Counted from the stretch's first letter, positions 37,783 to 49,007 are shown. The stretch is 63,074 nt of DNA from Mitosporidium daphniae (GCF_000760515.2 NW_013546634.1:1-63074); one strand, 5' to 3'. Notes: a model not told the origin generated them from the sequence alone. Translations and numbers: made by a program.

Positions 37783-38682
37783 ATGACGATCGCCCAAATG
37801 CCCGGCTCCAAAAAATGGAATATCTTGCAGGCGACAGTCGGAAATCTTGCAAAGCATCTGGAATCCCTTTCGCCAACAAAATGTGTCATGTTGGAAAAAG
37901 AGCGTTGCGCCAATAACTACCTGGCCGAATGGATTGATCACCAGTCTAAATTCAATAAGGTTTGAGCGTGCCGTTGATTGTTTATAGATCTTCGTCAGCT
38001 ATTGCAGATTTACAGGTAAGCGAACACCATAGCAAATGGCGTAGGGAAATCTTTGGAAGATTGCTTTCAGCAGCTCCAAGGGCTAAGGGTACGCTTTATT
38101 TTGTGTGTTTACCAAAATTTCAGGACAAGGCCGTTCAATATAGCAACATCGTTTCTGCCTTGCAGGAGCAATCAGCATACAATGAAGCGCGTATTGTGGA
38201 CCTGGAGGGCTCGGCCGTCAAATCGTCCACCGAAATTTCTACTTTGGATAGAAAATTGTCCGAAACGACAGACCAAATCTGCCAGACATCAATCAAGATC
38301 CTGGCTCTAGACGAACAGGTACTTTTTTTGCTAACTTTAGAATTCGAGAACAGTCAAAGAGGTGGAGTCTAAACTCCAATTGCTTCAAGTAAGAGTGATA
38401 TGATGCACCTGATTTCTAGGACAATTTGGTTCGGAAATCCCACTCACGAGCGTCCCAAATAAGGTTTGGTTGGCAAAAGCCGCTAACATATACAGGGCAT
38501 TCATCTTTGCATTGTGCTTCGTCATCCTCGATGGCCGTTTCTTTTTGATTCAAAAGATTTTGAAGATATTGACACATGCGATTTTCAGCGGCAAATCGCA
38601 CAGGGATTTGATTGACCGCTCAATCCGAATGGCCGTTTTGGCGCTGGCATTTTTGGTTGGCAAGTATAAATTGTTCGCCTAG
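37783..38682 (+). CDS. Hypothetical coiled-coil protein with C-terminal hydrophobic helices
   Basis: Chain of short ORFs separated by GT-AG introns. Heptad-rich middle and C-terminal hydrophobic segments. Family not recognised. Confidence 0.5.
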
Positions 38683-38764
38683 CCTGGGGTGGGTGCCATT
38701 TGGATTCCAAATTTTACCCAATAAATAAATCCAAGCAAATTCAATTAATTTACAATCAGGATAG

Positions 38765-40355
38765 ATGATGGCGGTGCCGCTGACTTTGATTTTCCTTCTC
38801 ATGCTGTGCCTTTCCGTCTTGCATGCGGGAAGGCCTAAAGAACTTTTGGAAATACAGCAGCTCGCAAGCGGAATATTTTGCAAATTTGGGGTTTCCTTTG
38901 AAATTCCTGTGCCTCCTGCCCAAAATGTACTGACATTGCCACAAGGTATGCATGTCTTTGACCTTTGGCATACTAGACGTTGAGTTTCCTCTGCCCATAT
39001 TGCGACTGTTTCGCTCGATCTCTAAAATGGACTCTCTTGTATTTTCGATCACAAGTGGGCGCCACCCAAATCTTGCGGTCAATCCATCTGGATGCTTTAT
39101 TGAGACCGTATTGACAAGCGAAAGCCAAATAGTGTGGAGGGATTGGAAGATGATAACATCCTCTCTATCCTCTTTGTTTAGTGTTTCTTTGGAAAATATG
39201 ACCGCTGCCAAGTCTAATCGGGTGGCCATTTTAGCGGATGCAACATCGACGAAGCTAATATCTCATTTTCCCGCCCAGGTCGTTTGTATAGAGAACATTG
39301 AAAAGCTATTACAACTGTCTAGAACCTCCAGTTATGAGTCTTCCGTTAGCTGCCTGCTGAATGTAAAGTCGATTATGAAGAATTCGTATTTTTCTATCGG
39401 CATCACCATGCAGAGAGGACCGACCCTGAAGGTAATTTGTTGCGGCCTTTTTCATAGTTGGATACATTTATGCATGTCCATCTACCTTATTTGCTTGAAA
39501 GCTACTCTACCTTTTCCACTCAACGTTTCTTTACCCCATTCAAATTTGACGACCTGTCCCCGAATGATAACAGTGCAAGTGAAGCATTAGAAAAAGTTAC
39601 CCTCCTTCTCGGTGGGTCGATTCCAAGCACCTTTGACAATGCGTCAATTTTAATTGACGGGGAGCCGCTTTCATATCGAGGACTGGTGTCGGGGTTTGTT
39701 AAAAAAGACAACGAATGCACCTTTTGTGGCGTTATTTCCTTTGAACGATATTACATTCCGTACTCCATTTACAAAGGAAGATTTTCCTATGTGATTAAAA
39801 ACACCGATTTATTTTCTTCCTATAATGTGTCTTTGTTGGACATTATTCCCTGGGAAATAAAATGCTGGTATCATACGCTCGGATTTGATACCCCAAGGCC
39901 ATTTAGCGAATTTGTTTCCAAAATGTTCTCGCGAAAGTCATCCCTTTTTTCAAATGTGAAAATCCATCCCTCTAGCGTTAGGGAATATCCCTCGATTATA
40001 GAAATCAGCGACCTCCTTGTTCCTGCAAATACTACCATTAGGATAACAATGGAAGCAGACAAAAGGTTCTTAAGATATACCGAGTTTCCTTTGGACGCAC
40101 ATAGAGGTTTAGAAATCGGGTTTGGCTATTTCAACTAATCATCGATGTAGGTCAGCTCAATTGAGGGTGGAACTGGATAAAGAAACGCCCTGTTCCATTT
40201 GGTCATCCCCGCTAATTTTGCAATTGCCAGTTCCAGACTTTGCGATGCCCTTCAACGTCCCCGTTTTTATTTCTACCGTTTATGGGATGCTTGTTGTAAG
40301 CATTTTTAATCTCTTCCAAAGGCCAACACTGCGAAAAGTAGCGTCTAAGAAATAA
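38765..40355 (+). CDS. GPI16: GPI transamidase component PIG-T
   Basis: Signal peptide, VVCIENI catalytic-partner Cys motif, LRYTEFPLDAHRGLEI, LPVPDFAMPFNV followed by a transmembrane helix. Confidence 0.9.
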
Positions 40356-40425
40356 AAAATCACAACATTCCTCGGCTACTCCTTAAGTATTTATTTATCC
40401 ACCGATCCATCGGTTCATTTCACGC

Positions 40426-42582
40426 TCACGATTTTTTCTTGTGCTGGTTGATGGCGAGAAATGCCTCCTGTGGCACCTCCACATCGCCAATCATCTTGAG
40501 TTTTTTCTTTCCCTCTTTTTGGTGTTCCAAAAGCTTCATCCGACGAGTTGGATCTCCGCCATACTGCGGGATTAGTAAAAATAACAAATACCAATTTGGC
40601 GGTCACATCCTTTCTATATGCCTTGACATTATCTCTTGATATCACGTGCCCCCCTACAGCTGCTTGTAGGGCCACTTCGAATTGCTGCCTTGGAATCAGT
40701 TCCTTTAGTGTTGAAATCAAAGTTTTTCCGATCCCTTGTATTTTCGATCGGTGGCATATCAAAGAAAGGTCAGGGACAACTTTTCTGTTCACAAGACAGC
40801 TAATCTTGACCAGGTCGCTTTCTTCATATCCATCCTCCTCATAATCAAAGCTAAAGCGTAAAGGTCATTCATAATATACGTAACAAAACCGGACGAGATA
40901 CTTTGCACAGTGTCGAAGAAATCAACTATTATTTCTGCTAATGGCAATCGAAAGCCGATCAGCGTTCTGTTCGAATCGACCATGGACATTTGTTGGTGGA
41001 CACCTCGACGCCCCAGCAACAGGGAAAGAATAGGCCCAATTGCCTCTTGTTGTACAATTAATGTAAGACGAACCATCGGCTCCTCGATGCTCAAAATATC
41101 GGGAGATTCCTCGATTCCGGGAAATTCAGAGGTCGAAGATATATATTGAGTCCCCCTGGAGCCTTTGTAATTTATCTGAATCAACGGAAACTCCATGACG
41201 TACCTTATATAGCACGGTGGGCGAAGTAAAAATTACTTCGGCCCCAAATTCCTGCAGTAGTCGCTGCTGGAATACATCCATATGCAGGGATCCTAAAAAC
41301 CCAAGTCTCCATCCTCTTCCAAGAGCGTCACTGGTGTATAAAATACAAAATCTTACCTTGCATCGCAGCAAATCGATATGCTAGAATCATTCAAAAGCAG
41401 CTTTTCGATCGAATCTTTAAGCATATTATATTCGGACGGCTCCTGTGGATATAGTCCAGCGAAAACCTTGCTCTTGGCCTTTTGAAACCCCGGCAAGGGC
41501 GTGATTAGCTTTGCAGAATGGGGATGGAAAATGGTATCTCCAATGAAGCATATCTCGCGGGGGTCCTTTATTCCTAGACATACATATCCGACTTGACCGG
41601 TACTCAACTTCTTTCCTGAGACAAGTTGAGGGGTTATAAATCCAAGCTCCAACACTTCGAATTTCTTTCCATTGGAAGAAAATTGAATCTGTTCGCCTGG
41701 GCTGTTAGCAAAGGCTCGATACTTACCTTTTTTTAAAGAACCATCGACAACAAATATATGACAAACAACGCCCTTATAAGAGTCATATTTTGAATCAAAA
41801 AGAAGTGCTCTTAGCGGTGCATCTGGATTTCCGGGAGGACAAAAGTAAGATATAGCCCTTTACCATGGTACATCGGTTAGGATCCGATCTATACAAGTTA
41901 TCACATTTTCCCCTGTCTTTGCTGAAAGGGGGATGATGGAGTTCCGAGGAATTTCAAAATTCGCCTCAATCTGGTCACCAATAGACGCCAGATTAGCTGT
42001 TGGCAAATCGGTCTTACAGAAAGAAGCGCTCAAATTTACCTTATTAGCAATTGGAATAACACAAAGGCCCTGGCTGAAAGCCAGCCAGAAATTGGCAACC
42101 GTCTGCGCCTGTACGCCCTGCGATGCATCAACAAGGAGCAATGCTCCTTGGCAGGCTGCTATGGCACGAGAAACTTCATATGAGAAATCAATATGTCCAG
42201 GGGTGTCAATAAGATTAAGAAGATATGGCACGTCGTTTTCACCGGACGAACGATATATAAATGAAGCAGTCTAAGGGTTAGGGGTGAAAAAACCTGGGCT
42301 TTAACGGTAATCCCACGTTGCTTTTCAACTAGCAGTGTATCCAAAGAGGGAGTTGAGAGGCCATATTGGTTTGTCTCTACAAAGTAAAATAGAGCCAAAA
42401 CCTCCGTTACAAATCTCTAATAGTCTGTCGGCAAGCGTAGATTTTCCATGGTCAACATGCGCGATAATGCAAAAATTTCGGATTCTTTCAATGGGAAATT
42501 CCATCGATGCCAATATTGAGGCCGAAGCGGTACAAAATTTCCTGAACGGCCAACCATGTCGAATGAGATTTTTAAATTTCAT
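40426..42582 (-). CDS. GUF1: Mitochondrial translation factor GUF1 (LepA/EF-4)
   Basis: [65 protein letters not shown]. Presequence-like N-terminus. Confidence 0.97.
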
Positions 42583-42596
42583 TAAAATTTTTTAAA

Positions 42597-43211
42597 ATGG
42601 ATGTCAATGATGACGACGTAGAAATTATGTCCCATGCCTTTGCATTGGCCGAACAAGCATATGAAAATCTCGAGGTCCCTATTGGGTGTGTTATAGTATG
42701 TCCTGTAGCCAAATTTCCTTCCTTATTACCGTCCAACGGAAGGACCTTGGAGGCAGTATGCAAAAACACCCTTCTTATCATTGGAGCAGGCAGAAACAAC
42801 ACCATGGCATCATGTAACGCCACTCGCCATGCAGAAATTGAGGCTATTGATCAAATTACAAAAAGCTTCTGTGACACCATACCGTGGCACCAATGCTCTC
42901 TATATGTGACCGTTGAGCCTTGTATTATGTGCATTGCTGCATTGACCGATTTGGGTAAATTTTGCCGACCTAACTCTTTATGCTTAGGGATTAAAGAAAT
43001 CATATTTGGATGCCATAATGACCGATTTGGAGGGTGTGGTTCTGCCATGAAGCTACCATCGAGTTATTCGGACAACCCCCCAATTACCATCAGACACGGG
43101 GTCTCAGCAAAGGAAGCCATAACACTTCTTCGCCGATTCTACATCAGGGAAAACAAAAGCGCCCCGAAACCAAGAAAAAAAGACAATAGAACACTTAAGG
43201 ACTGCTTCTAA
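42597..43211 (+). CDS. TAD2: tRNA-specific adenosine-34 deaminase catalytic subunit (ADAT2)
   Basis: EVPIGCV, ATRHAEI, EPCIMC, NDRFGGCGS. In-frame 33-nt intron at 42955-42987. Confidence 0.95.
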   Translation: MDVNDDDVEIMSHAFALAEQAYENLEVPIGCVIVCPVAKFPSLLPSNGRTLEAVCKNTLLIIGAGRNNTMASCNATRHAEIEAIDQITKSFCDTIPWHQCSLYVTVEPCIMCIAALTDLGKFCRPNSLCLGIKEIIFGCHNDRFGGCGSAMKLPSSYSDNPPITIRHGVSAKEAITLLRRFYIRENKSAPKPRKKDNRTLKDCF

Positions 43212-43278
43212 CCCTAACCCAAAAGCAACTATTTTTATAGCTTCAATTTTGCCTTTATTTAGTAATGATGATGCGCCC

Positions 43279-44916
43279 CTATGATAGTATCTCTGCCGCT
43301 TTGTTGGTCATCGTAGGGACTGGTTTTCCGATCAGCGAATGCTTATATCCATAAAATATGTATATAAGAACACCGATAAATATCCAAGATAGCAGCTGGA
43401 TCCATGTAATTATTTCTACTGTTGACATAATAAATGTGTTCCCCACAATGCTTAGACAGGGAATAAGAGGCATCCATGGACAAAATGTCGACGAGTTTTC
43501 AGATCCGTATCCAAGATTTGTTGGGTTTTTCGGCCCACCTTTTTGTGCATAGAAGATCCAGATTAGTCCAGCAAGGGGCATTCCAGTGAAAACGACTCCA
43601 ACTATGGCAGTCAAAATTGCGGAGTAAGAGGACTGATACAATAGCCATGTCAGTAAATTTCCACACACAAAACAAGGAACCAAGAAATATTTTCTAGAAT
43701 TGTCCGATTTTGCTATAATAACGGAGGAGGCGTTCGTCGTAAATACCAACAGAGCTCCGGTGGAAATAATTTCTACCAGGGAATAAACATTGAAAAACGT
43801 TGCCAACAATGCAGACAAGGTGCAGCAAATCAGAGAGTTCAGGACAGGGACAGATCCTGTCCCTTCCGATCCGGCAGAAAATATTTTTGGAAGCAGTCCA
43901 TCAAGAGAAATTACTTGAAAGATTTTGGGCTGGCCCAGTAGGCAAGCCAAGAGCGTGGCCAATAGCATACACAAGGCACAAACCTTAATAACTATATGAG
44001 CACCATAAAGGCCAGAATCCAAAAATGCAGAAGAAAGAGGAGTATTGACATCGATCATAGAAATCGGAACCATCCCGGTAATGATTAGAGCAACCAGCAT
44101 ATAGAGGGTGGTGGCCAAAGCAAGGGTGCCTAGAACAGCAATTTGCACATGTCGAGGAGAAATTGCATCGGCCACAAACACACAAATGGTGTCAAACCCA
44201 AGGAAAGAATAGATCATTATCAAGGCTCCAGAAATGACTTGCTCGCTTGCAGAGGTCACTTGCTTGCCAGAGGGATCTGTCAAGAAAAACGGAAACCAAT
44301 TGGCGGGGACAACATAAAAACATCCAATTGCCACGATGCAAGAAAGGACAGTGATGTTGATGGTAGCCATCACATTGTTGGTTTTTGTGCCAAAGGAAAT
44401 TCCACACAACACAATGGGGCTAATTAAAACAATAATTAAAAGGGCGACAAAATTGAATACCAGTATGTAGTTGTCTGGATTATCAGAGCCACGAAGCAAA
44501 GGTAATGGATCCAAATAGGGCGACAAAGAAGAGATATACTGAGAAATCGCTACTGCCGTGCACGAGCCAGCAAACGCATACTCCAGGGTAGAGATCCACC
44601 CAAGAAGCCAGCCTATGCCCTCGCCGAGGAAAGTAACCCCCCAGCTATAGGAAGATCCAGATGCGGGAACGATATTCGATAGCTCCAGGTAACACAATGC
44701 TGTCAGACAAGATAGTGCTCCAGCAAGAAAGATGGAAAGCAGCACAGCAGGGCCAGTTACATCCCTTGCTGTCAATCCAATGGTGACATAGATACCACTT
44801 CCAATGGTAGCGGAGATTCCATATGCAAGCAAATGGAACCATGAAAGGTTTTTTTTGTTGTTATTCGAGCTTTGTCTGAATGATTCAGAAAGCGGTTTTC
44901 TGGTAAGTAAGCCCAT
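43279..44916 (-). CDS. Cationic amino-acid transporter (APC superfamily, CAT/SLC7A1-4-like)
   Basis: GISATIGSGIYV, GPAVLLS, GSSYSW, SFLGFD, C-terminal CPWMPLIPCLSI...IYIFYGYKHS. Single uninterrupted ORF. Confidence 0.92.
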   Translation of the reverse strand: MGLLTRKPLSESFRQSSNNNKKNLSWFHLLAYGISATIGSGIYVTIGLTARDVTGPAVLLSIFLAGALSCLTALCYLELSNIVPASGSSYSWGVTFLGEGIGWLLGWISTLEYAFAGSCTAVAISQYISSLSPYLDPLPLLRGSDNPDNYILVFNFVALLIIVLISPIVLCGISFGTKTNNVMATINITVLSCIVAIGCFYVVPANWFPFFLTDPSGKQVTSASEQVISGALIMIYSFLGFDTICVFVADAISPRHVQIAVLGTLALATTLYMLVALIITGMVPISMIDVNTPLSSAFLDSGLYGAHIVIKVCALCMLLATLLACLLGQPKIFQVISLDGLLPKIFSAGSEGTGSVPVLNSLICCTLSALLATFFNVYSLVEIISTGALLVFTTNASSVIIAKSDNSRKYFLVPCFVCGNLLTWLLYQSSYSAILTAIVGVVFTGMPLAGLIWIFYAQKGGPKNPTNLGYGSENSSTFCPWMPLIPCLSIVGNTFIMSTVEIITWIQLLSWIFIGVLIYIFYGYKHSLIGKPVPTMTNKAAEILS

Positions 44917-45243
44917 TAAAATAAAAAATGGATCCCTCACCAATTATATGTGGCTAATTCCCGATGACTAATTAAATTCGCTGAACAACCAAAACACACC
45001 CAAGTACAAACTATTTATTCGCCCAAAGTATCGGCTATTGCTAAGCAAATGGAATCTCATTTCAATAGCAACTATCTTGTATGATAGATTTTCCGAAGAG
45101 GGACCATCTTGACCAGGAAATGAGGAGAACTATGGAATATAATTAATTTTCACCCCAAATTTGAAAGCCGAATAAATTTGAAAGCCGAAATAACGCCGCA
45201 ACACAACCTAAACTGTGTCATTGCCAAATTATAATTTAAAAAA

Positions 45244-45915
45244 ATAGATTTCCAACACAGAGAAGGAGCAACCGGTTCTGCTGGCATAGCCAGCATTTCC
45301 GAGACCAATGTTGACAGACGTGAACGGTTAAGAAGACTTGCCTTGGAGACAATAGATCTAGAAAAGGATCCCTATTTTATGAGGAATCATCTTGGCTCCT
45401 ATGAATGTAAGCTTTGCCTTACCATCCATAATAACGAAGGATCTTATCTCTGCCATACCCAAGGGAAAAAACACCAGGCCAACCTTGCAAGACGAGCCTA
45501 CAAGGAAGCAGCTTTGGCTGCTGGAACATCTACCGGAACAAATGTCCCTGTTTCTTTTTCCAGAAAGCCAGCAGCATCAATTCCAAGAATCGGACGTCCC
45601 GGGTACAGATTGATTAAAATGAAAAATTCCGTTGAAAATACTCTTGGGCTTTTAATCCAAATCCATTTCCCTCATATTCTCCAGGATCACTCCTCACCTG
45701 TTCTACAAAAGCCTATCTATAGGTTTATGTCTTCATATGAACAACGGATCGAGGTTCCAGACAAAGATGTCCAATACTTGGTGATTGCAGCGCTTCCATA
45801 TGACACGATATCGTTTAAGATTCCGGCCAGAGAAATCAATCTCTCCCCCGATCTATTTCTTTCCCATTGGGATTCCGAAACCTTTCTTTACACCCTTCAA
45901 TTTTTTTTTAAATAA
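45244..45915 (+). CDS. PRP11: Splicing factor 3A subunit 2 (SF3A2/Prp11); apparent ATA start
   Basis: (I)DFQHREG.TGSAGIAS...RRERLRRLALETIDLEKDPYFMRNHLGSYECKLCLTIHNNEGSYLCHTQGKKHQ, then IGRPGY and RFMSSYEQRIE. Confidence 0.95.
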   Translation: MDFQHREGATGSAGIASISETNVDRRERLRRLALETIDLEKDPYFMRNHLGSYECKLCLTIHNNEGSYLCHTQGKKHQANLARRAYKEAALAAGTSTGTNVPVSFSRKPAASIPRIGRPGYRLIKMKNSVENTLGLLIQIHFPHILQDHSSPVLQKPIYRFMSSYEQRIEVPDKDVQYLVIAALPYDTISFKIPAREINLSPDLFLSHWDSETFLYTLQFFFK

Positions 45916-45996
45916 ATTCAGAATGTAACCGAGATGGCGGCTTCCCTAACAAATGTGGTCGTGTGTGGCATTCAAAAACTTGGTATATTTACAAAT

Positions 45997-46464
45997 TTAC
46001 TTGGACACAAGGAACCCGCCCTCGGAAAGACTATAATGTACAAGAAAGGAAATCAGCAGCACGCAAACAACCTTCAGAAGGAATCGAATGACCGAACCAA
46101 ACATCTTGATGATCCGAGCTGCCAGGGAGAAAACCAATAACCCGATCAGTAGTGAAAATAGAATCAAGCCATAATCAACATTGTGGCTTTGGAACCATTT
46201 TGAAATGAAGGCCTGTGGTGAGCCCGTCAATCCAGGCGCATATTTACCAACTTCTTTATGAAATTCTCGGGCCCGCTCAAGTAAAGAATCTGGAAGATGG
46301 ATTTGGATCCAATCGACAAGCGAACATTTTATCCTCTCCATCGATTTGAGTTTCCTTTCAAAATTAAACTTTCCCTGATGCAAAGAAAAGTTTTCAAAAA
46401 TGGCCCTGTAATGGTCCATCCATTCAATTATGGCCAACACATACGCCATCGTGGTTTTTGCCAT
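45997..46464 (-). CDS. Hypothetical membrane protein with two C-terminal transmembrane helices
   Basis: 155-aa ORF that fills the gap between genes. Hydrophobic segments GLILFSLLIGLLVFSLAA and LLKVVCVLLISFLVHY. Confidence 0.6.
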   Translation of the reverse strand: MAKTTMAYVLAIIEWMDHYRAIFENFSLHQGKFNFERKLKSMERIKCSLVDWIQIHLPDSLLERAREFHKEVGKYAPGLTGSPQAFISKWFQSHNVDYGLILFSLLIGLLVFSLAARIIKMFGSVIRFLLKVVCVLLISFLVHYSLSEGGFLVSK

Positions 46465-46591
46465 TGAAGCGGGAAGTGTCTGCTAAACGATTTTAAATGA
46501 CAACCGAAATCATGGCATCATCCAAGCAACCAATGGAATTTATGGTGCATAATAATAAATTTATTGGAAAGCAATTGGATTTTATATTCCG

Positions 46592-47581
46592 ATGAATGGC
46601 GGAGACCTAAGGGAGCTTTCTTATGCCACACTTGACCAGTGGATCCATAAAGAGTGCCATGTCGTATGTGAAAGTTTGACCTAAATCGCCCTAGGTCACC
46701 ATCAATGCACTTCGAGCGTCATTTCCCTCAATTTCCAGGGCACAGTGTAGACAGTACCGCTGATATGTTGCCTTACAATTACAGGATCATGCTCGATTAT
46801 TACGATTTGAATTCATCTTCGACCTCCTCAATATGCCAGGAAATTCGATCTATCATCAGCAATGGAGCTATTGTCACCTCTCCGCTTTGCACGCCGCAAT
46901 CTTCATATATGGTTTCACCTACCTGTTTGCCTACATCGGCATCGACCATAGAGGTACCATCTTTTTCGGTTGAATTTGTTTTAAATGCGAAAAGTTCCTT
47001 GATTGCGTTGTATCCTAAAGATCCACCCAAATCAATGGTATGGCCATATTTTGTATAACCGCTCCATAGGAAGACCTGAGGAGGGGAATGGTTGCGTTTG
47101 AAAAGAAACGGGCATCTTTACCGCCGCTACATAAAACCGGTTTGCAAAACATAGTTCTTCCCCTCCAGCCTAAGCAGATACCCTCTACGGTTGATCCAGC
47201 TATCAATAGAAGCTCGTGCATGCATGAAACCATATCCTCATCTCCTGCAGTGCACGACGACGATCCACTAGAAATATTCTTTTCATCTTCAGATGAAGAG
47301 AAGATTGAGATTTGTGATGCAATACCTCCACCAATTGTGCCTCAAAAAAGGAAAAAACTCGTTAGCCGCCCAGTGCAAGTCTTCCAAAATGGATATCTCG
47401 GTACTTTCATCTTTTAACTTTAGTCACCGAAATAATCACCGAAGAGGTTACCGATGAAGAATCTGAGAGTATTCCACCAGCCCTCATCGGCGTGGAACGA
47501 ATAAAATCGTCGGGTTCAAGTTCCCAAAAAAAACCGACCCCCAAACAAGGCTCGTTAATGAGCTTTTTTAAACCAAAGTAA
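46592..47581 (+). CDS. DNA polymerase delta subunit 3 (POLD3/Cdc27/Pol32)
   Basis: N-terminal LDQWIHKECHVVTINAL...IMLDYY winged-helix-like region. C-terminal KKRKK...GYLVTE and PIP box KQGSLMSFF. Confidence 0.82.
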
Positions 47582-47800
47582 ATTTTATTTCCTATTGTCT
47601 TTTTAATAATAATTCGCTCGCTCAGCAGATGAATATAATCAGGTGTTCATGGCTTGACTCTATTTCATCTCATCATGGCAATTGAATAAATAATTTTAAA
47701 ATTAGCGTGCATTTATATTGTGTAAAGGCATCCCATAATTATTTTTATTTGCCAAATAATTAAATTTTAATTTCTTGCAGAGTAGATTTTATCCATTAAA

Positions 47801-48021
47801 ATGTACTGGGAGGCTCAAGTAATACATTGCTAGCATCAATCGAACCGTTAACCGGACCCGACTGATGCTAGCAATACCATTCATTGGGTATAGTTCCCTT
47901 CAAGATGTGGTAAAGTAACAGGTTATTTCGCCATTGGCTTGAGATTTCCTTCTCTGCATATTCTGTATCGTTCTCAAGAAACTATGTTTCCATGAGAGTT
48001 GGGAGAAACCATGCAGTGTAT
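47801..48021 (+). ncRNA. Candidate structured non-coding RNA (unassigned)
   Basis: Perfect 13-bp stem 47826-47875 nested inside further complementary segments. G-U pairs favour the + strand. No motif of a known family recognised. Confidence 0.35.
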
Positions 48022-48120
48022 ATTTATTTGACCATTGTAACAATTCGCCATAAAGTAACGGCCCGAATCCTTAAAGTAACGGCCCAATTAGATAAGCCAA
48101 CAATTCAAATTCACTTTATT

Positions 48121-49007
48121 TTACTTGGAGCGAGGGGACGCACCATCAAGTACCTCCAAGCACTGGCGATGGTATTGCTTCAGTGCTTCAATCATGTCTT
48201 TCAGTGCCGAGATCAGAATTGGACTTTCAAGAACAGCTTGCATGGAGGCTTTTGCCTTGGATAGGGATGCCTCATATTCTTCCTCAACTTTTTCAAGATC
48301 TTCCGGTTTTACCTCGGTAGATCTTTTTAAGGAATCAAGCGAAAGTCTAGCCAGAAAAACTTCCTTTCTGGCAGAAGATGCTTGCTCAAAGAGGACATCA
48401 AGAACATTTCGCAATGGACGACGAGCCTTCACTTGAATACGTTGTGACAATAACAGACGGGCATCCCCAAGGTCTTCCATAAGAGAGCCATACCAGGCAA
48501 GGGTTTTTCCCAACTCGGCATTTTCCATCGATTGAGATGCTGAGAGAGAAATTTTGGCTGCAGCATGTTGGTTTGTCGGATACTGAGCGTTCATTGCAGA
48601 ACTTGGAGGAGGCGAACCAAATGAAGAAGATGATGATGAAGCTGTTTGGGCGCTTGCTTCTATTTTCGCAGATGCAAGTTTCTCCTGAAGCTTTCCAAAC
48701 ACCCCCTTGACCTGGTCACCCACAGGCGTAGTATAGTCATCTGCCTGAGCCAATGCCTTGTGTGTCTTCATTAGTTGCTCATAAGTTGCTTTTAGAAAGT
48801 CACAACGCTATTGAATTAGTGAAAATATAAAACGCACCTGCTCCATCTCCTTAAAGTCTTCGGGCAAATGCGTATGCTCCGAAGCAGAGCCGAATTTCTC
48901 CTCTGCATACTACGAGATAAGTAAATGCATGCCTGAAATACCTGTTTTGCCTGTCCAAAACGCACCGATAGTCTTGATGAAATATCAGATAGATTAAAGT
49001 TCACCAT
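48121..49007 (-). CDS. BAR-domain protein (Gvp36/endophilin-B-like)
   Basis: QYAEEKFG...THLPEDFKEMEQRCD, ARKEVFLARLSLDSLK, LKDMIEALKQYHRQCLEVL. Confidence 0.8.

Noticed and set aside
43208..43220. CTAACCCTAACCC telomere-like repeat at the TAD2 stop
   Set aside because: Only two units; too short to separate from chance.
47874..47923. H/ACA snoRNA assignment (ATACCA H box, ACA at 47918)
   Set aside because: The first hairpin lacks a pseudouridylation pocket and the second hairpin is unconvincing.
47995..48010. AGAGTTGGG resembling vertebrate telomerase RNA P6.1
   Set aside because: The following bases (AGAA) cannot close the stem, and no CUAACCCU template is nearby.
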